From the NCBI GenBank assembly GCA_040954595.2, contig CM082578.2:8107519-8171518 (forward strand): a DNA stretch of 64,000 nt, read 5' to 3'. This DNA comes from Balanoglossus misakiensis (lineage: Eukaryota > Animalia > Hemichordata). Shown piece by piece: positions 40,101 to 54,169 of this stretch (the first letter of the stretch is position 1; each line of letters starts with the position of its first letter). The notes beneath the pieces were generated by a model. The model had not been told where the DNA came from, searched no databases, and saw only the letters and a program-made list of their open reading frames with translations. The translations under genes and the position numbers were made by a program.

Positions 40101-42711
40101 CTTTACTTCCCAAATCTTCCCGCGCTTCTGACTGATGAGGCTTTGGTGTGCAAAGCGTTTTGTGTACATGTACTACGTAATAGTTTACACTCTCATAGTT
40201 CTACTCCACGATCTGACACGCCGCGAGATCCGTTCTCAGTATTTACAGACCAGTTTATAATTGATCACGTGACTGCTGTGAATAAAATTGAAACATCAGA
40301 CCAAAATAACGACGGCAACCATGTCGTAGCCACATTTAAATATTTGGGTAGGCAAGTTGCTGTTTTTCGCGCCACATCAAACTAAATAAATCATTACGCC
40401 GGTGACAAATGCAACCATGTGCGTATGTTTATACCACGAGTGCTTCTGTCTATTTCCCACACAAATATGTACGCCACATTTTGGACGTCTGCTTTTCGGT
40501 GAGTTTGATAACATAGTCACGTATAATACTGTTCAGACAAATGTGTCCAATATTGGTCTATTAAATTGTATGATGACATTGAGCTCGTGTGAGTTTGTCT
40601 GGCTTCATCTTGCAGAGAAGTCCTCAAACAAACGTGTATAATATCTGTTCAAATGGAACGATGGGGGCTGTCTCTTCATAATGGCGCTGTTTGTTGTTCT
40701 GTTGTTTTCTGTAAGTCTTCGCCGCTTCTCTGTTGCCTTGTCCTTTCAATTTGCATAGAGACACTACAATGCCGTAGCAGGTCGTGTTGGGCCCCAGTAC
40801 TAATTACAGTATGCCCTCTGATCAGTTTCAGACAAGTGCGACGCGCACTAACTGGTACAAAGTTAAGCATTTTTTGGCCCATGGTCTTATCGCCTCCCCC
40901 ACATAGAGACGCTGATCACCAATAATAGTTATTCAGTTATCGAGTGTGGCACTCTGCTGATGCAATCTTGTTTAGCCTGCGCACACGCGCCGCGCGCAAA
41001 AACAACACCACATCTTTCACTGGAAGGTGCTTTGTTTTGGTCAATTAAAAAACATACAGTAGACATCTCGTCTCCTATTTAAATCTTATACCGTTAATTG
41101 TGGCGACCGCAAAGAGATTATTTCTTTCAGCGTTGAGTACTGGTATCTCGATGGTCTAATTTTCACGGACTTGACGACTCAACAAGTGACCTATTATATT
41201 TTGGATTAGCACGTGACCATGAAAATGGTTAAATCGATAATACTTAAAGGGATAAATCGTGAAAACGGTTAAATCGTTTGTCGCGCTAAAAAATGTTCGT
41301 TTGCATGGAAACTGCATTTGCCTGGGACAAAAGACACGCACTTCTTTTACAGTTTACGAAAGCCCCCCCCCCAACCCGGTGTTTAAAACCACAACTGGGA
41401 CCACGTGGCAGACCAAGTCCAAACATCAACATGGACGACAGTTACACAATCTACCTGCATGTTCTGTGGCTGATGTATTCGTCTTGAGGTTTGATTTTCA
41501 AAGTCGAACAAAGCACAACGATGTAACAGGCCCCGTCTCATTATCAGAACTGAGGATAGTACTGAACAGTAGTCTTATTGGCTTTGGGAATTTGTAAAGA
41601 TGTTGGTACAAGAAGTCGAATTTCTCGCCCAAACAGAAGGACAGAAATTAAATTGGTGCTATTTTTTGAAGCACATAACAGTTTGTTATTGTGGGTAGTG
41701 CACGCGTGTAAACTAATAATACGAAAAATATTGTGCAGGATAAGCCATGCCTATGCCACAATAGGAAATTTCCACAGAACATGTTATATTTACACGGAGC
41801 CATGATCAAAAGATGCGACGATACAGATGCAGAGTAAAGGTCGGAGAGAAAGAGAGAGAGAATTATTGGCACTAAACCCAAAACTCTAACACCTGTGTCA
41901 GAGGTTCACTTGATTTATTGATATGAATTGCGGATGATTCCTTATTTTACAGTCTCATAAAAATGCATGCGGGCCTATAATAAAAATATGTCTATGATAT
42001 GAAACGCAGGCATGCAGATCTGAACGGGCGGAGATTCATTCCCGTCTCGAAGAACCCGCGAAAGAGGGCACTTTTTACTATCTCTGCATGATATGATCTT
42101 CTGCGCTGCAAATGTTAACTTTCTTAAAGGCCGAAATACACCATGATGAAGAATACAGGTCTATCTGAGTTTTGAGTGTCGTGGAAACACTATTGGGCGC
42201 ATCACTATTTGCCCTGAGCGTTCAAATATTTATAATTACATATCGGTTATCTTTATTGACACACACCAATTTTAGTGTCCGGCCAGTTAAGGTCAACTTG
42301 ACTGACGGTGTGGTGTGGGATAGAAAAGACAGAAAAATTGAACCCACCTCCACCATTTTTGTAGCAAAGATACGGGAATCTCCAGATATTTCCCAGGCCG
42401 ACCGCGTACCCGATCATGGCCAAGATAAAATCAGCCTTGGAATCCCATCCTTCTCTCTCAATCGGTTCGTCGTCGTCATCATCACTCTTTTCGAGATCTT
42501 CTTTCTTTTCGTCGCTCGTTTCAGCGTCGCTGTCAGCCGCGTGTTCAACGCCTTGTTTCTCCGACATTGCTTCTTTGTTGTTGTCGCACTTGTCGTCTTC
42601 CGCTGCGTGCGGGACAGTCATGTTTTGCCCGGTAGCCTTGTCGTACTGATTGCTCGGTTCGCCTAGATGTTCACCGTCAACATTGCCAGCATGGGAGTTC
42701 GAATAGTCCAT
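28500..42711 (-). CDS. SLC6 Na+/Cl- dependent transporter, amino-acid (GABA/taurine/glycine-like) type, 697 aa
   Basis: Twelve exons: 42348-42711, 34289-34420, 33091-33355, 32689-32821, 32266-32400, 31586-31689, 31095-31219, 30556-30668, 30151-30282, 29588-29791, 29043-29213, 28500-28715 (2094 nt). Motifs [50 protein letters not shown]. Gly rather than Asp in TM1 argues against a monoamine transporter. Confidence 0.95.
32105..32200. repeat. Minisatellite, ~32-33-bp unit x3 (intronic)
   Basis: TGTTTTACGGCATA(C/T)GTGAC core repeated three times. Confidence 0.85.
34149..34198. repeat. (GATT)n microsatellite, ~12 units
   Basis: Direct reading. Confidence 0.95.
37271..37479. repeat. Tandem duplication, 104-bp unit x2 (SLC6 intron 1)
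   Basis: Units start with TATGAAACTGGTTCTTTC at 37271 and 37375 and differ at about five positions. Confidence 0.92.
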
Positions 42712-45099
42712 GGTACAGACACAGTTTTAAATTGAACTTTTAGCCGGTTCCTTCGTTAAACATAAAACGCCTTGATCCGTTGTGAACAGTTCAAAAAAAG
42801 AAAGAAAAGAAATTAGACGCTATATTTCGTGTATCGCTGGACAGTGTGTTGACGGAAAACAAACGAGCGTGACGGTCGGAGTGGTTCGTACGCGTCGCGA
42901 AGGGAGGGAGGGAAGGAGACGATGGAGATATAGACGAGGGAGATATATTGGACCGCTCATGAATAAAAAAGTTTATGAGTAACTAGATACATTTATTATT
43001 TGAATGACTATAAATCTGTTACTGTTAATCATCAGCTAGAACACCGTCACTACCGACTCGGGTCCAAAAAGTTACCCAGTATCCCCGGCCTAGTACATGT
43101 ATCGACGAAGTATGGCAAAAACCATATCATGTGATGCCACAATGTTTCTCTTCGGTCCAATGTTTCTACTCTACTTTACGTTTATTAAAAATTAAGTTAT
43201 TTGCTTCGCTTCGTATGAAACCGAGATGACGCGTTATCGCGTATCGCGACCTTTGCTTGAAATGAATGGCGTTCTGACCGTACTCTTGACATTGCTAGGC
43301 TCACTGTCTTATCGCCTATTTACCCGGTGCGGACACGTGACCTAGTAATTTTAGGTCAGACCGCCGCCGGTATATCAATTATTTGCGGAACTTTTTTATC
43401 AGTACAAACTGAAAAACCAACAAATTCACGAATGTTTTAACTAATGTAAGCAGCGGCATGCTTACCGCATGGCTTCCCTTTTCCAATTTTTTCTGTACTT
43501 TTTTCTGTTTTTCGAACTATTTTCATCATTACGTACGTTCTACCAAAAACATATATGTGACATTTTTGCCTTTGAGAACGACGGGTCATTTTACGACGTG
43601 GTTCCGAGTATAGAACACGGTCACAGAAAATCACGTGATCATTTAAAAACCATGTACATCATACTAGTAGTTTATCCGGCTGTTAGCAACGCGCTGGTTG
43701 GACGATTTGGAAAACGATCGCGTGAACTGGGTTCATAATAGTAAATAAATGCGTGCGACAAGAAATGAAATGGCTTAAAATGACCTGAACGCGACCAAGA
43801 ATAAGAAGCACTGAGTGCGCGCATATGTATTTGAATCTCAAAGGTAATTAGTTGTCGTTGCATCTAGACATAGAAAAGACAACATATTGTTTCTCAAATC
43901 AGTGAATATAAAGATAGACCAACGAATTTAAGAAATTTGCCACAGTCCATCAAGTGTTCTCGTTATGTTTTTATTTGACAAACTGAAATACTGAAAACCC
44001 TACATCAACAAAGTACCGGTAGTACGCACAGTATGCAGGTTAATTTTTTACCTCCAAAATAGGGAGGGGGGGGGGGGGTCATTTTATTTCGCATAAAAAC
44101 GGTCACGTGCCAACCCACGGCCATAATAACTACACGCCCTCTAACGACGAACTATAAAACTCGAGGGAAGATATCAAGAATCTTGCAGGTCGAAGACCAG
44201 GACAGTACATACTAAAGCATAGACCTATTAGATACACTATGAAAAGATTAAAAACAATCTGCTAAATAACTTTGACATCATTTTGGTTATTTTAGTTTCT
44301 TATGATTGGCTGGCTATGTTGCTCACTGAAACATGCTCCCTGTACACATCAGGAGAATATGTCTGCAATATAATTTTGGGTACTGACCAAAAGTTGAATG
44401 ATCGGGTTCTTCGCGTCCACGTACATGTTGTGAATTGAAGTCGACAGGTTTCAGTAGATAGAACAACATAATAACCCTATCAAATGGAATTAAAATAACC
44501 AAAATAGTGTCAAAATTTAGCGACTCTGTCCCTTTAAGACGAAATGCCAAGGTTACTGTTTCGTCGGATGGCAAGTGAGTAAATACTTGACTGAGACACG
44601 ATCCTCTGTATCGCGGATACTCGAATTCGTTTGTAGTCGAAGCGCTGTCATTTGGAATACCCAATTCACACGACCGAGATATTTTTTAAATTGCTATGCA
44701 TGAGATCATGCATGCCGATACGGCACCGCATATTAAAAGTGGAAAGTATTAATCTCCACGTGTTATTTGAAGATATGTTTGTTACAGTTGGACAAAATTA
44801 TTTCCGTCGTCGTAGATCTGTGTTCTAATGCATCTTGATTTGTGTGTAATCTCCTCTTTGAAGGATACTGGTCACTGTGAGGTGTTTCAGACCTCGACGA
44901 CTGAAAAATCCGATATGACAGAAAAATATTCATATGGAACATGATAGAACACATGGCTTATAACAATGTGAATGTCAGTTCTGAAAAAAATGGTTTGGTT
45001 ACAAGCATGTATGGGGTGCAAATTCTCTCCTTAGGGTTTCTGTCAATTAATGGAATGTTGTTGTAGTATTTATTAGAGGAATAACTTCGACTGGTTATT

Positions 45100-45113
45100 G
45101 TTACCATGGTAAC
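45100..45113. promoter_or_regulatory. RFX X-box (GTTACCATGGTAAC)
   Basis: Perfect 14-bp palindrome matching the RFX consensus GTTRCCATGGYAAC, about 50-110 bp upstream of the candidate starts of a Tctex1-domain gene. Confidence 0.8.
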
Positions 45114-45159
45114 AGGGGAGAGCGCAATACCTCTTAATCCGTTCGCGCCAGCATATTGA

Positions 45160-46050
45160 ATGTTGTGCGTTGATCATTTGGCTGCACATAGTGAACGGTG
45201 GACTGGGTCATCGGCCACCACCATGTCGGCGGGGAAAGTAGCAAGCGATCTGAAACAACCAAAAAGCCCGGCGTCGGTAAATGGCACACCTGTCAAGAAA
45301 ATGCTGATACTCGACGGCGGCAAACGTTCTGTGGGCAGAAAGGAAATCAGCCGAGTGAAAAGTTTGCAGCGAGGCAGAGTGTCGTCCACCGGCAACTTGC
45401 CGCGGAATGGCCATGAGGAAGAAACGGTCGACGGGCAGACACTGTTCTCGGCGTCGAACAACAAGAATGACGCCTCGAAGGCGGAGTGCTGTGCAAACTC
45501 CGACATTGCATCCGTGGCGGGAGAAGGCAGCACTGGCGAGAGATCGACGGAGAGCAAGAACAGCGGGGCTAGGCTGTTTTCTCACCGGCTCCGAAACAGC
45601 CTTTCGTCTCGGCGGGCACCCATATCGGGGCTCTGGAAGAAGTGCAACGTCAGGGCGGCGATAACCGCCACCAAGGTGTCGGCGGCGCGAAAGTCGAAAG
45701 AGACGCATAAGATGAAACCGGAGGATGTGCGCAAATTCAACAGCAGTCGAGTGGCGAGGATTATTGAAGAGACACTCGCCGACGAGCTGGAGTCGAAGCG
45801 GTACGACCCGGGCGCGGTTTCTTGCCTGACCGAGATTCTGACGACAAAAATCAGACACAAGGTGAAAGATCTGGACCTCGACAGATACAAAATCATCGCG
45901 CAGGTTCTGGTTGGCTCCCAAACTGGACAGGCTGTAAGAAGCGTCAGTCGCTGCCTATGGAACACCGACACGGACAGTTTTGCATCGGTTACCTTTCAAA
46001 ACAATTCTATGTTCGTCATTGCCACCGTCTACGGGGTGTACTTTGAGTAA
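45160..46050 (+). CDS. Tctex1-domain dynein light chain (TCTEX1D/DYNLT4-5-like), intronless, long basic N-terminal extension
   Basis: C-terminal Tctex-1 domain (IIEETLADEL...YDP...RYKIIAQVLVG...SRCLWNTDTDSFASVTFQNNSMFVIATVYGVYFE). An alternative start at 45223 has the better Kozak context (GCCACCACCATG). Confidence 0.88.
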   Translation: MLCVDHLAAHSERWTGSSATTMSAGKVASDLKQPKSPASVNGTPVKKMLILDGGKRSVGRKEISRVKSLQRGRVSSTGNLPRNGHEEETVDGQTLFSASNNKNDASKAECCANSDIASVAGEGSTGERSTESKNSGARLFSHRLRNSLSSRRAPISGLWKKCNVRAAITATKVSAARKSKETHKMKPEDVRKFNSSRVARIIEETLADELESKRYDPGAVSCLTEILTTKIRHKVKDLDLDRYKIIAQVLVGSQTGQAVRSVSRCLWNTDTDSFASVTFQNNSMFVIATVYGVYFE

Positions 46051-48807
46051 GCGAGATGTTATCGGACATATCACATCTTTCAAGTTGTCTGACACTCTTA
46101 CAGCCAGATTTTGAGAAAGAAACGTGATAATTATTTATACTTGTGTGTGGATTTTAGTACATCGATGGGTGCAGAAGATATCATTCATTGACGACGTGCA
46201 GACGACGCGTGTTTTTTTTAATTCTCTTGTGCAGTCTGAGTACACCAAACCACCTGGATAGTACAATGTACTGTACTGGGCCTATACTCATCCGCCAAAT
46301 TACTACAGACAGGTCAAGTCTCGCGAGAGTCAACTACTTCATACGCCACTGTAACGCAAAGTACAACAACCATGCGCAGTGATTCATGTTGGCAAACGGG
46401 ATTGGAGCCACGTCACCACCCCATCACCTTGGAAATATGTAAACTTACCGAAGTCAAACAATATCTGATTTAATGTGAACTTGAGTCGCACCTCAAACGG
46501 TCACCTCATAAAAGCTGAAATGTGTTTTTAATTTATTACAGCGACCGTTTCCTTTCCTACAACTCAAAGTAACTTTGATAATACCGTTGTTCATACGATA
46601 TGTATAGAGAATTGTTTCACCCTTTTTTACTTTCAAGAAATTATTTAAAGTGATAATATATTGTTTCAGTACCACCAATGTCCAATAAAAAACATGCATG
46701 TTTTTGAAGCTATCGCGCTGAAACAGTTTCATCTCGAGTTACGGAATTGAAGACGGAGAATTGTACGAAACTTTCGGCAAACTTTGTTTAAAGTATAGTT
46801 GGAAACCTAGTAAACTTTCAAGGGACTACTGGATCGGCGTTTTTGAATTCTGGAATGTCTTTAGTTTCCTAGCCTGCTTTGCTTGCGTCGTTATGGGTAT
46901 TGTATATACCTGTTGCTGATTGAGTTCAATAGAGTGGTAAATATCCAAAAGTAACGTGTTTGTTTTGATTTTGCAATGACTTTGCTGGGCGTCAAAATAG
47001 AATATGTTGTTCCGAGGTGCAATGTAGTGTCATCAGGCAGGTATAGGTCGTTTTACTGAATTACGCTCACTTTGTTTTCTCAAATGTTCCGACTCAACTT
47101 GTACCTCTTCATTAGGAGTTGGCCCGTAGCCGTTGGTGGGGAAATTAGCATAACGAAATTTAGCATACGCCCCACCACACAGCTGCGTTTCCACAGCTAT
47201 CCCCACCAAAACGTAAACTATAGCGCCCTCAAACATTCGCTGATCATTGTCTTTCTTCTTCCTTGGTTATATATCTGCACCATGTGCACAGCAAACCGGT
47301 AGACTGAAAGACTCAGTCGTGTGTGGGCGCTCCGGCACTTTGCCTATGACGCCATGTTGTCATAGTGGTTGTCGTAAGGCATTGCCGGAGCGCCCGCACG
47401 CGACTGAATCTATCAGTCAGTCTAACCACTTGGGTGTGTCCTGAACATAGTCTCGGTTACCCAGAGCCCTCTGCTGCTTCCGTTGGGCACTCCAGAAAGA
47501 GGGTCTGGGGAAACCCCATAGTAAACTCTCCGGGCATAGATGGCCGACTTGAGACAAAAGCGATGCATGATGGTCGACATTTATAATATTTGATATTATG
47601 ATATGGCCATATTAGAAAACTATTTACCAAACTTCTCTCTCTCTTTTCAGTTTGTAGACAGTTTTAGCAGGTCTAGCACTTCTCAGCATGTTTTTTTATG
47701 TTTGAGGCTGCAACCATCATGCATAGCTTTTGTCTCAAGTGTCTATGGACAGAAGTAAACAAACACACTCTACAGATCAACTTGGTTAAATTATCATTTC
47801 TTGTTTTTATTTTGAAAAAAAAAAGATTATGAAGATCTTCAGCGGAAAACCTACACAACACCACCATTTACGTATTTGCATGACACATGATCTGTGTGAC
47901 AAAATTATCTGATCAAAAAAAAAAAAAAAACAGGCCAGGAATACAGTAGGTCAGTGATGGACAAACAAGAAAACTGCAAAAACTTCTTTGCCATCAGACA
48001 ACTTTCGACTGTAGTCAACAAAAAAATTATAAAAAAAGCACTAAAAAAGTCAAAATTGCTAATTAGAATAAATTCTTGTAACATGTTCATGAAATGAACT
48101 AGGCAGTTCTCTTCCTGTTTATTATACACTTTAAAACATTTTTTTTTCGCCACGAGAGATGCAATTAGGAAATAGAGAATTAATAACTTATGTTTTGTGT
48201 GTGACACGCCTTAGCGCTAATGCCTAGTTTTACACAAAAGGCTATCACTACTCTTGCTATATACTAAATGCACTGATGAATTCCATCAGTGCCCTTTCAC
48301 TTGCCAAAAACAGAAGGCGTCCGAATTAATCGTTTAATGATTATTATTTTTTTACAGACAGTATGTATATGGTATTTCAAATCAAACCTTTTTTTTTTCA
48401 ATGGTATTACACTGAAAAAAAATTAAAACGGTACAATTGATTAACAGGTTACACACTAGAATGTCCTAGTTACATGCTCATCACAGAATTACATCGTAAT
48501 ACTAACCACTTTTTTGCTAGAATAGACACGAAAGCTGAAAAGCTCAGGAAAAAGGAAAGGAGGTTTTTGTCCAATACTGATTGCATCTTCATCTATGCAT
48601 TTCAAGAAAGAAAGAAAAAGGTTCAGCAAGATGAAAATGCTTGTTTTCGTTTACATTTTCTCATACATCTAAAACTGTATAAAGTGCCGTTACAGCGTGG
48701 GTGGCAAAAGTGCAAAAAGATCTAGACGTATGAGCACTGTGTGACTGGGGGGTATTTTCTATAGTACAAGATGTGCCTAAGTCATGTCAAGACACCCAGA
48801 GATATGT

Positions 48808-50252
<1,445 letters not shown>

Positions 50253-51998
50253 TTAGGAGAAGAGAAAAAATTAATGTACACACAGCTGCAACATATAGAA
50301 TTCAGTGTTCATTCTGAACCCACCAGAAGAGAATGCAACTGTACTGCCCACAGTTCTAACGTTTAACAAACAAACAAAAACACGAAACATTGCATACGGG
50401 TATTTGTACGAACGGAACCCTTCCCTTGGTTGAAATAAATAAGGCCTTAAAAGCCATATTTATTGCAGCCATTCAATGATTCATTAATGCATGTAATTTA
50501 TGGTGGTAGTGTGTACATGCAAGTTATTAGATCTGTACAATAACATAAGGCCAACAGATGCCATCATTTGGCATTATTATGGTCGTTTTTGGTCTCAAAG
50601 GAAATTTCTTTCTGCTTACTGAATCATACATGTACCATTCATTTGTTGCCTGGGCTCTCCCTACACCGCACCCTTTATTCAGGGATTCATCTGACAAACA
50701 ATGGACCCCTGGGGAAGTTCAGTTCACTACGAATACGCCTGCAATGCCAATATTTTCATCAAAAAACGTTCGCTATTTCAAGCCACATTTCAAATTATCC
50801 ACGTATTTTTATTAGTAATCATTCGGCTTGCATTTACACGTGCATGGAGGCAGTGGGTCCCTGTAATAAAAGTACTGACTGAGTGCCTGTTGCCACAAAT
50901 CGTATAGTGCTTGATAGGTCGGGTTATGACAAATGACAACAGTGAATATTTCTGGTTTCAGAATACTACATACACTCACAGGTTTTTAATCATTAAGACT
51001 ACACATGATTGAGAAACTTGGAGACTGTGTCCCCTCGAACCTTTAACCAGGAACTGGACTGGTAAACACTTGATAAACACGTACAATCAAAAATGGGTGG
51101 AGTCCTTTTAAAATGCCACTTTCTTCCTCTCACGCCATTTTGGCAATTAGCATTTCATAACGTTTCTCTTTATGTATGGTCGAAATGAATGGTCAGTAAA
51201 GGTATTTGGGCACTACTTGTTTACATGAAATTTCACCCGAAAACGATTTTCCAGATACAAAATGTATCGACCGAATGTTGTGTGGTGTCCACCCAAAAAT
51301 AATATGTACATAGCTGAAATGAGTCATGACATAATTGTACCAAAACATGATCACCAACTTCACAAAACATGGACGTGCTTTCAAATGTTCGTTGTGAAGT
51401 CATTTTGATGTAGACAACCGCATCGCAGAATTGAGGAACAGTTTGATCAGAAGTAAACATCACGAGCAGGAAACAAAAATTCTTGTCTAGACTGTGACAG
51501 TAGATCTCCCGTTACATGTACATTGTACCTCCCCAGCAGACAAAATGGCCGACACGGTGTCGACGGTGATGCCCGTGAAGGCCACTCATCGGGTCTCTTA
51601 AACCTGCTCACTGTCATTTGCTGTTCCAGATTTGTGACACGGGGATAAGGCAACAGCAAAATATCTATTCCGTGAGATTTTACGATGTATGAAACTGTTG
51701 CAACTGTACCATGAGTCCATTATAATATCCGGTAAACGTTCAAATAAAAGCGTGTCGGAAAGTTATTTGAACTAATTTTCACCACAAAACCACGATCAGA
51801 CGCAAGAGATTATTTCAAATACGATAAAATAAGGCGTATTACAGAACTGTAGTCCATACATTACCTCTGATTTTAGTTATTTCCAAACACAAGAGACACG
51901 GTACTTCGGTTTCAGCTAGCTCGAAATTTCCGTTTGAACCACACCTCAATTTGGGCTAGAGGGGTTGCTACAATTGATCAATAGCAAATCCCAGCCCG

Positions 51999-52006
51999 TG
52001 ACGTCA
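51999..52006. promoter_or_regulatory. CRE/ATF site (TGACGTCA) in the probable RhoA promoter
   Basis: Perfect palindrome just upstream of the putative non-coding RhoA exon. The motif is short, so a chance match is possible. Confidence 0.4.
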
Positions 52007-52905
52007 TGCATAATAATGATTCATGGGAAATGTCGGCCGATGTTCAGAAGCTACAATCTCTTTTACAAAAGCTTTCCGTGTTTCATCAACAAAGTACACG
52101 TTGTTTTGTGTGTATGAAAGTGAATGTGTTTATCTAACACAAACAGCATATTAGCCCTATAAAAAGTGAGCCTTCAATAAAATAAATACAGCTGAAAGAC
52201 TTGAGAAAGTAACCTTTCCAGCTTTCCTACAGTGGATCAGTGTTATTACCCTGCCAATATTAAGGTCTATGACCTATAATTTTGTTAAGTCACATATATA
52301 TATATATACTCTGATTACATTGGAGCATATAAATAAATTCTATATAGGTCTATCGGTTGGTGTTCTACACATATTGCGTGGCAAGTTTTCTCGAAAACAA
52401 CTGCAGGTACTTGGGTGGAACGGATGACGTAACTGCTATAAATAGCCCTACATATAGTCTATGCCAACATGAAGGAAGCTCTTTCATAACGTTGAACGTT
52501 CCAGAAACCATAGACAGTCCGAAACTGAGTTAGCACAGTCACACCGGGAGGATCTTAGTAATATCGCTTACTGAAATAAATTCAAGGAATAAGAGCTGTC
52601 GACGGAAGTGTTCAGTAGCAATCGAACCATAGCAGGTCAAATGTAACTTACAGTTTTCCTTGATCGGAAACGTACGCCGATCTTCTCCGGGTACAGTGGT
52701 AGTCTCTTGTACCAGTAGTGAAGCCCTATTCAACCCAAAGTGTTGTGGGAACTTGCGCACACTTTACGAGTTTTATATTGGGTGTGGTTAAAAATAGAAA
52801 CGTGAGTGCTTCTTATTGTCGCCCTCGCTCTTATTGTCGCTTGAACCGGAAGATTTTCGTCAGAAGGGGTAAACAATTATTAGTATGCTTATGTGGCGAC
52901 TACGT

Positions 52906-52934
52906 CAACAACAACAACAACAACAACAACAACA
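52906..52934. repeat. (CAA)n microsatellite
   Basis: Direct reading. Confidence 0.9.
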
Positions 52935-54169
52935 AAATAACACAAGAAAAAGAACAACAACAATAATAGGCCTAAATACCTAAGAAATGGGGTAAAAACC
53001 ATTTTCTTTTTTTATCCCCAAAAAATACATTTATACTCAGTATGAACATTGATTTGAGCATCCCTAAAACTCTCATAAACCATGGTGTGGGCCAGACATG
53101 GCTCATTTATTTAATATAAACTTTACCTAATTTCACCGACATGACCTCAAGTTGATCCCTGAATGCAAATCTCTGTGACCATGACACGAGTTCGTTTTCA
53201 AAAGACTTGGGAGGAACATTCAAGTTCGTTATGACCAGCCTTCGACAAATAAAAAGTCTTCCAGTAACCCCCATGGTGAATATGCCACTTGTCCTGGCCG
53301 GGGAGGGGAAGGGAACCCGGTGCGGGAAAATACTATAAATGAAAACTTTCTCTTGTAGATGGAATATCGAATCTTCGAGATAGTGCTCGGTCATGGTCAT
53401 AAGCCCCCTCCCCACCACTTTATGAGGTTAAACCTATAAACCACTGCGTGACATTAGTACAAGTAAAGTGTAGATTTTTACCTATTTATAAAGTTTCTTT
53501 CTTTCCCTTCTCTGGATACATGTGCTGATGCTGTTCGGAATACCTTTATGAACATAAAGCTTAAATGTTGATGGTATGGTACGTATTCGACGAACAGTCG
53601 AAATATCAGAACGACTTACGTCAGAGGTGGTAAATATAGATGATAACTTTGTGTGCTATTTTTTTTCTTTTTATGTTTTCGAAATTATTAATAGCAGCAA
53701 ATTTTGCCGTGAGGGGTGTGGGAAATGGGACATTCTCATGATAGGGATTTTATTTTGCTTATGCAATTCATATCAATGGAATAACATGTAATGCGATGAA
53801 TATTTGAGTGAAAATAAAAGGCTCTCCTAACATTTTATAGCAAAACCAGATAGTCTAAGATTACATGGCAGACCAAAGTTCGCTGAAAACGAAAGAATTC
53901 AGAAATATAGATTCTGGTGGCGTGAGTAAAGCTTTGCATTTTGGGTATTTATGCTTAGAGGGTTCATCCCTGTGTCATTGAGAACTGACTTCATATATTG
54001 TATTTTATCGAAATAGGAAGATGGTCTTCTGACACATGCATTTCAAATAATGATTTTGTTATTGTAAACCCGATGCTGAGTATCGCGTAGGTTCTGCGAC
54101 TTCCACAGGCTGACGTGTCACCGGTGTCCTCTATGCTCAACAAACCAATAATATTATTGACGATAAAAA

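Noticed and set aside
42172-42666. 164-aa hydrophobic plus-strand ORF
   Set aside because: Antisense to SLC6 exon 1. The hydrophobicity mirrors the purine-rich acidic codons of the real strand.
45208-45921. 237-aa minus-strand ORF and other ORFs overlapping the Tctex1 gene
   Set aside because: Antisense shadows of a GC-rich coding region, with no recognisable motifs.
46490-47520. Possible transposon remnants and a short hairpin (47448-47515) between Tctex1 and RhoA
   Set aside because: They look repeat-like, but I could not define termini or a second copy from this window alone.
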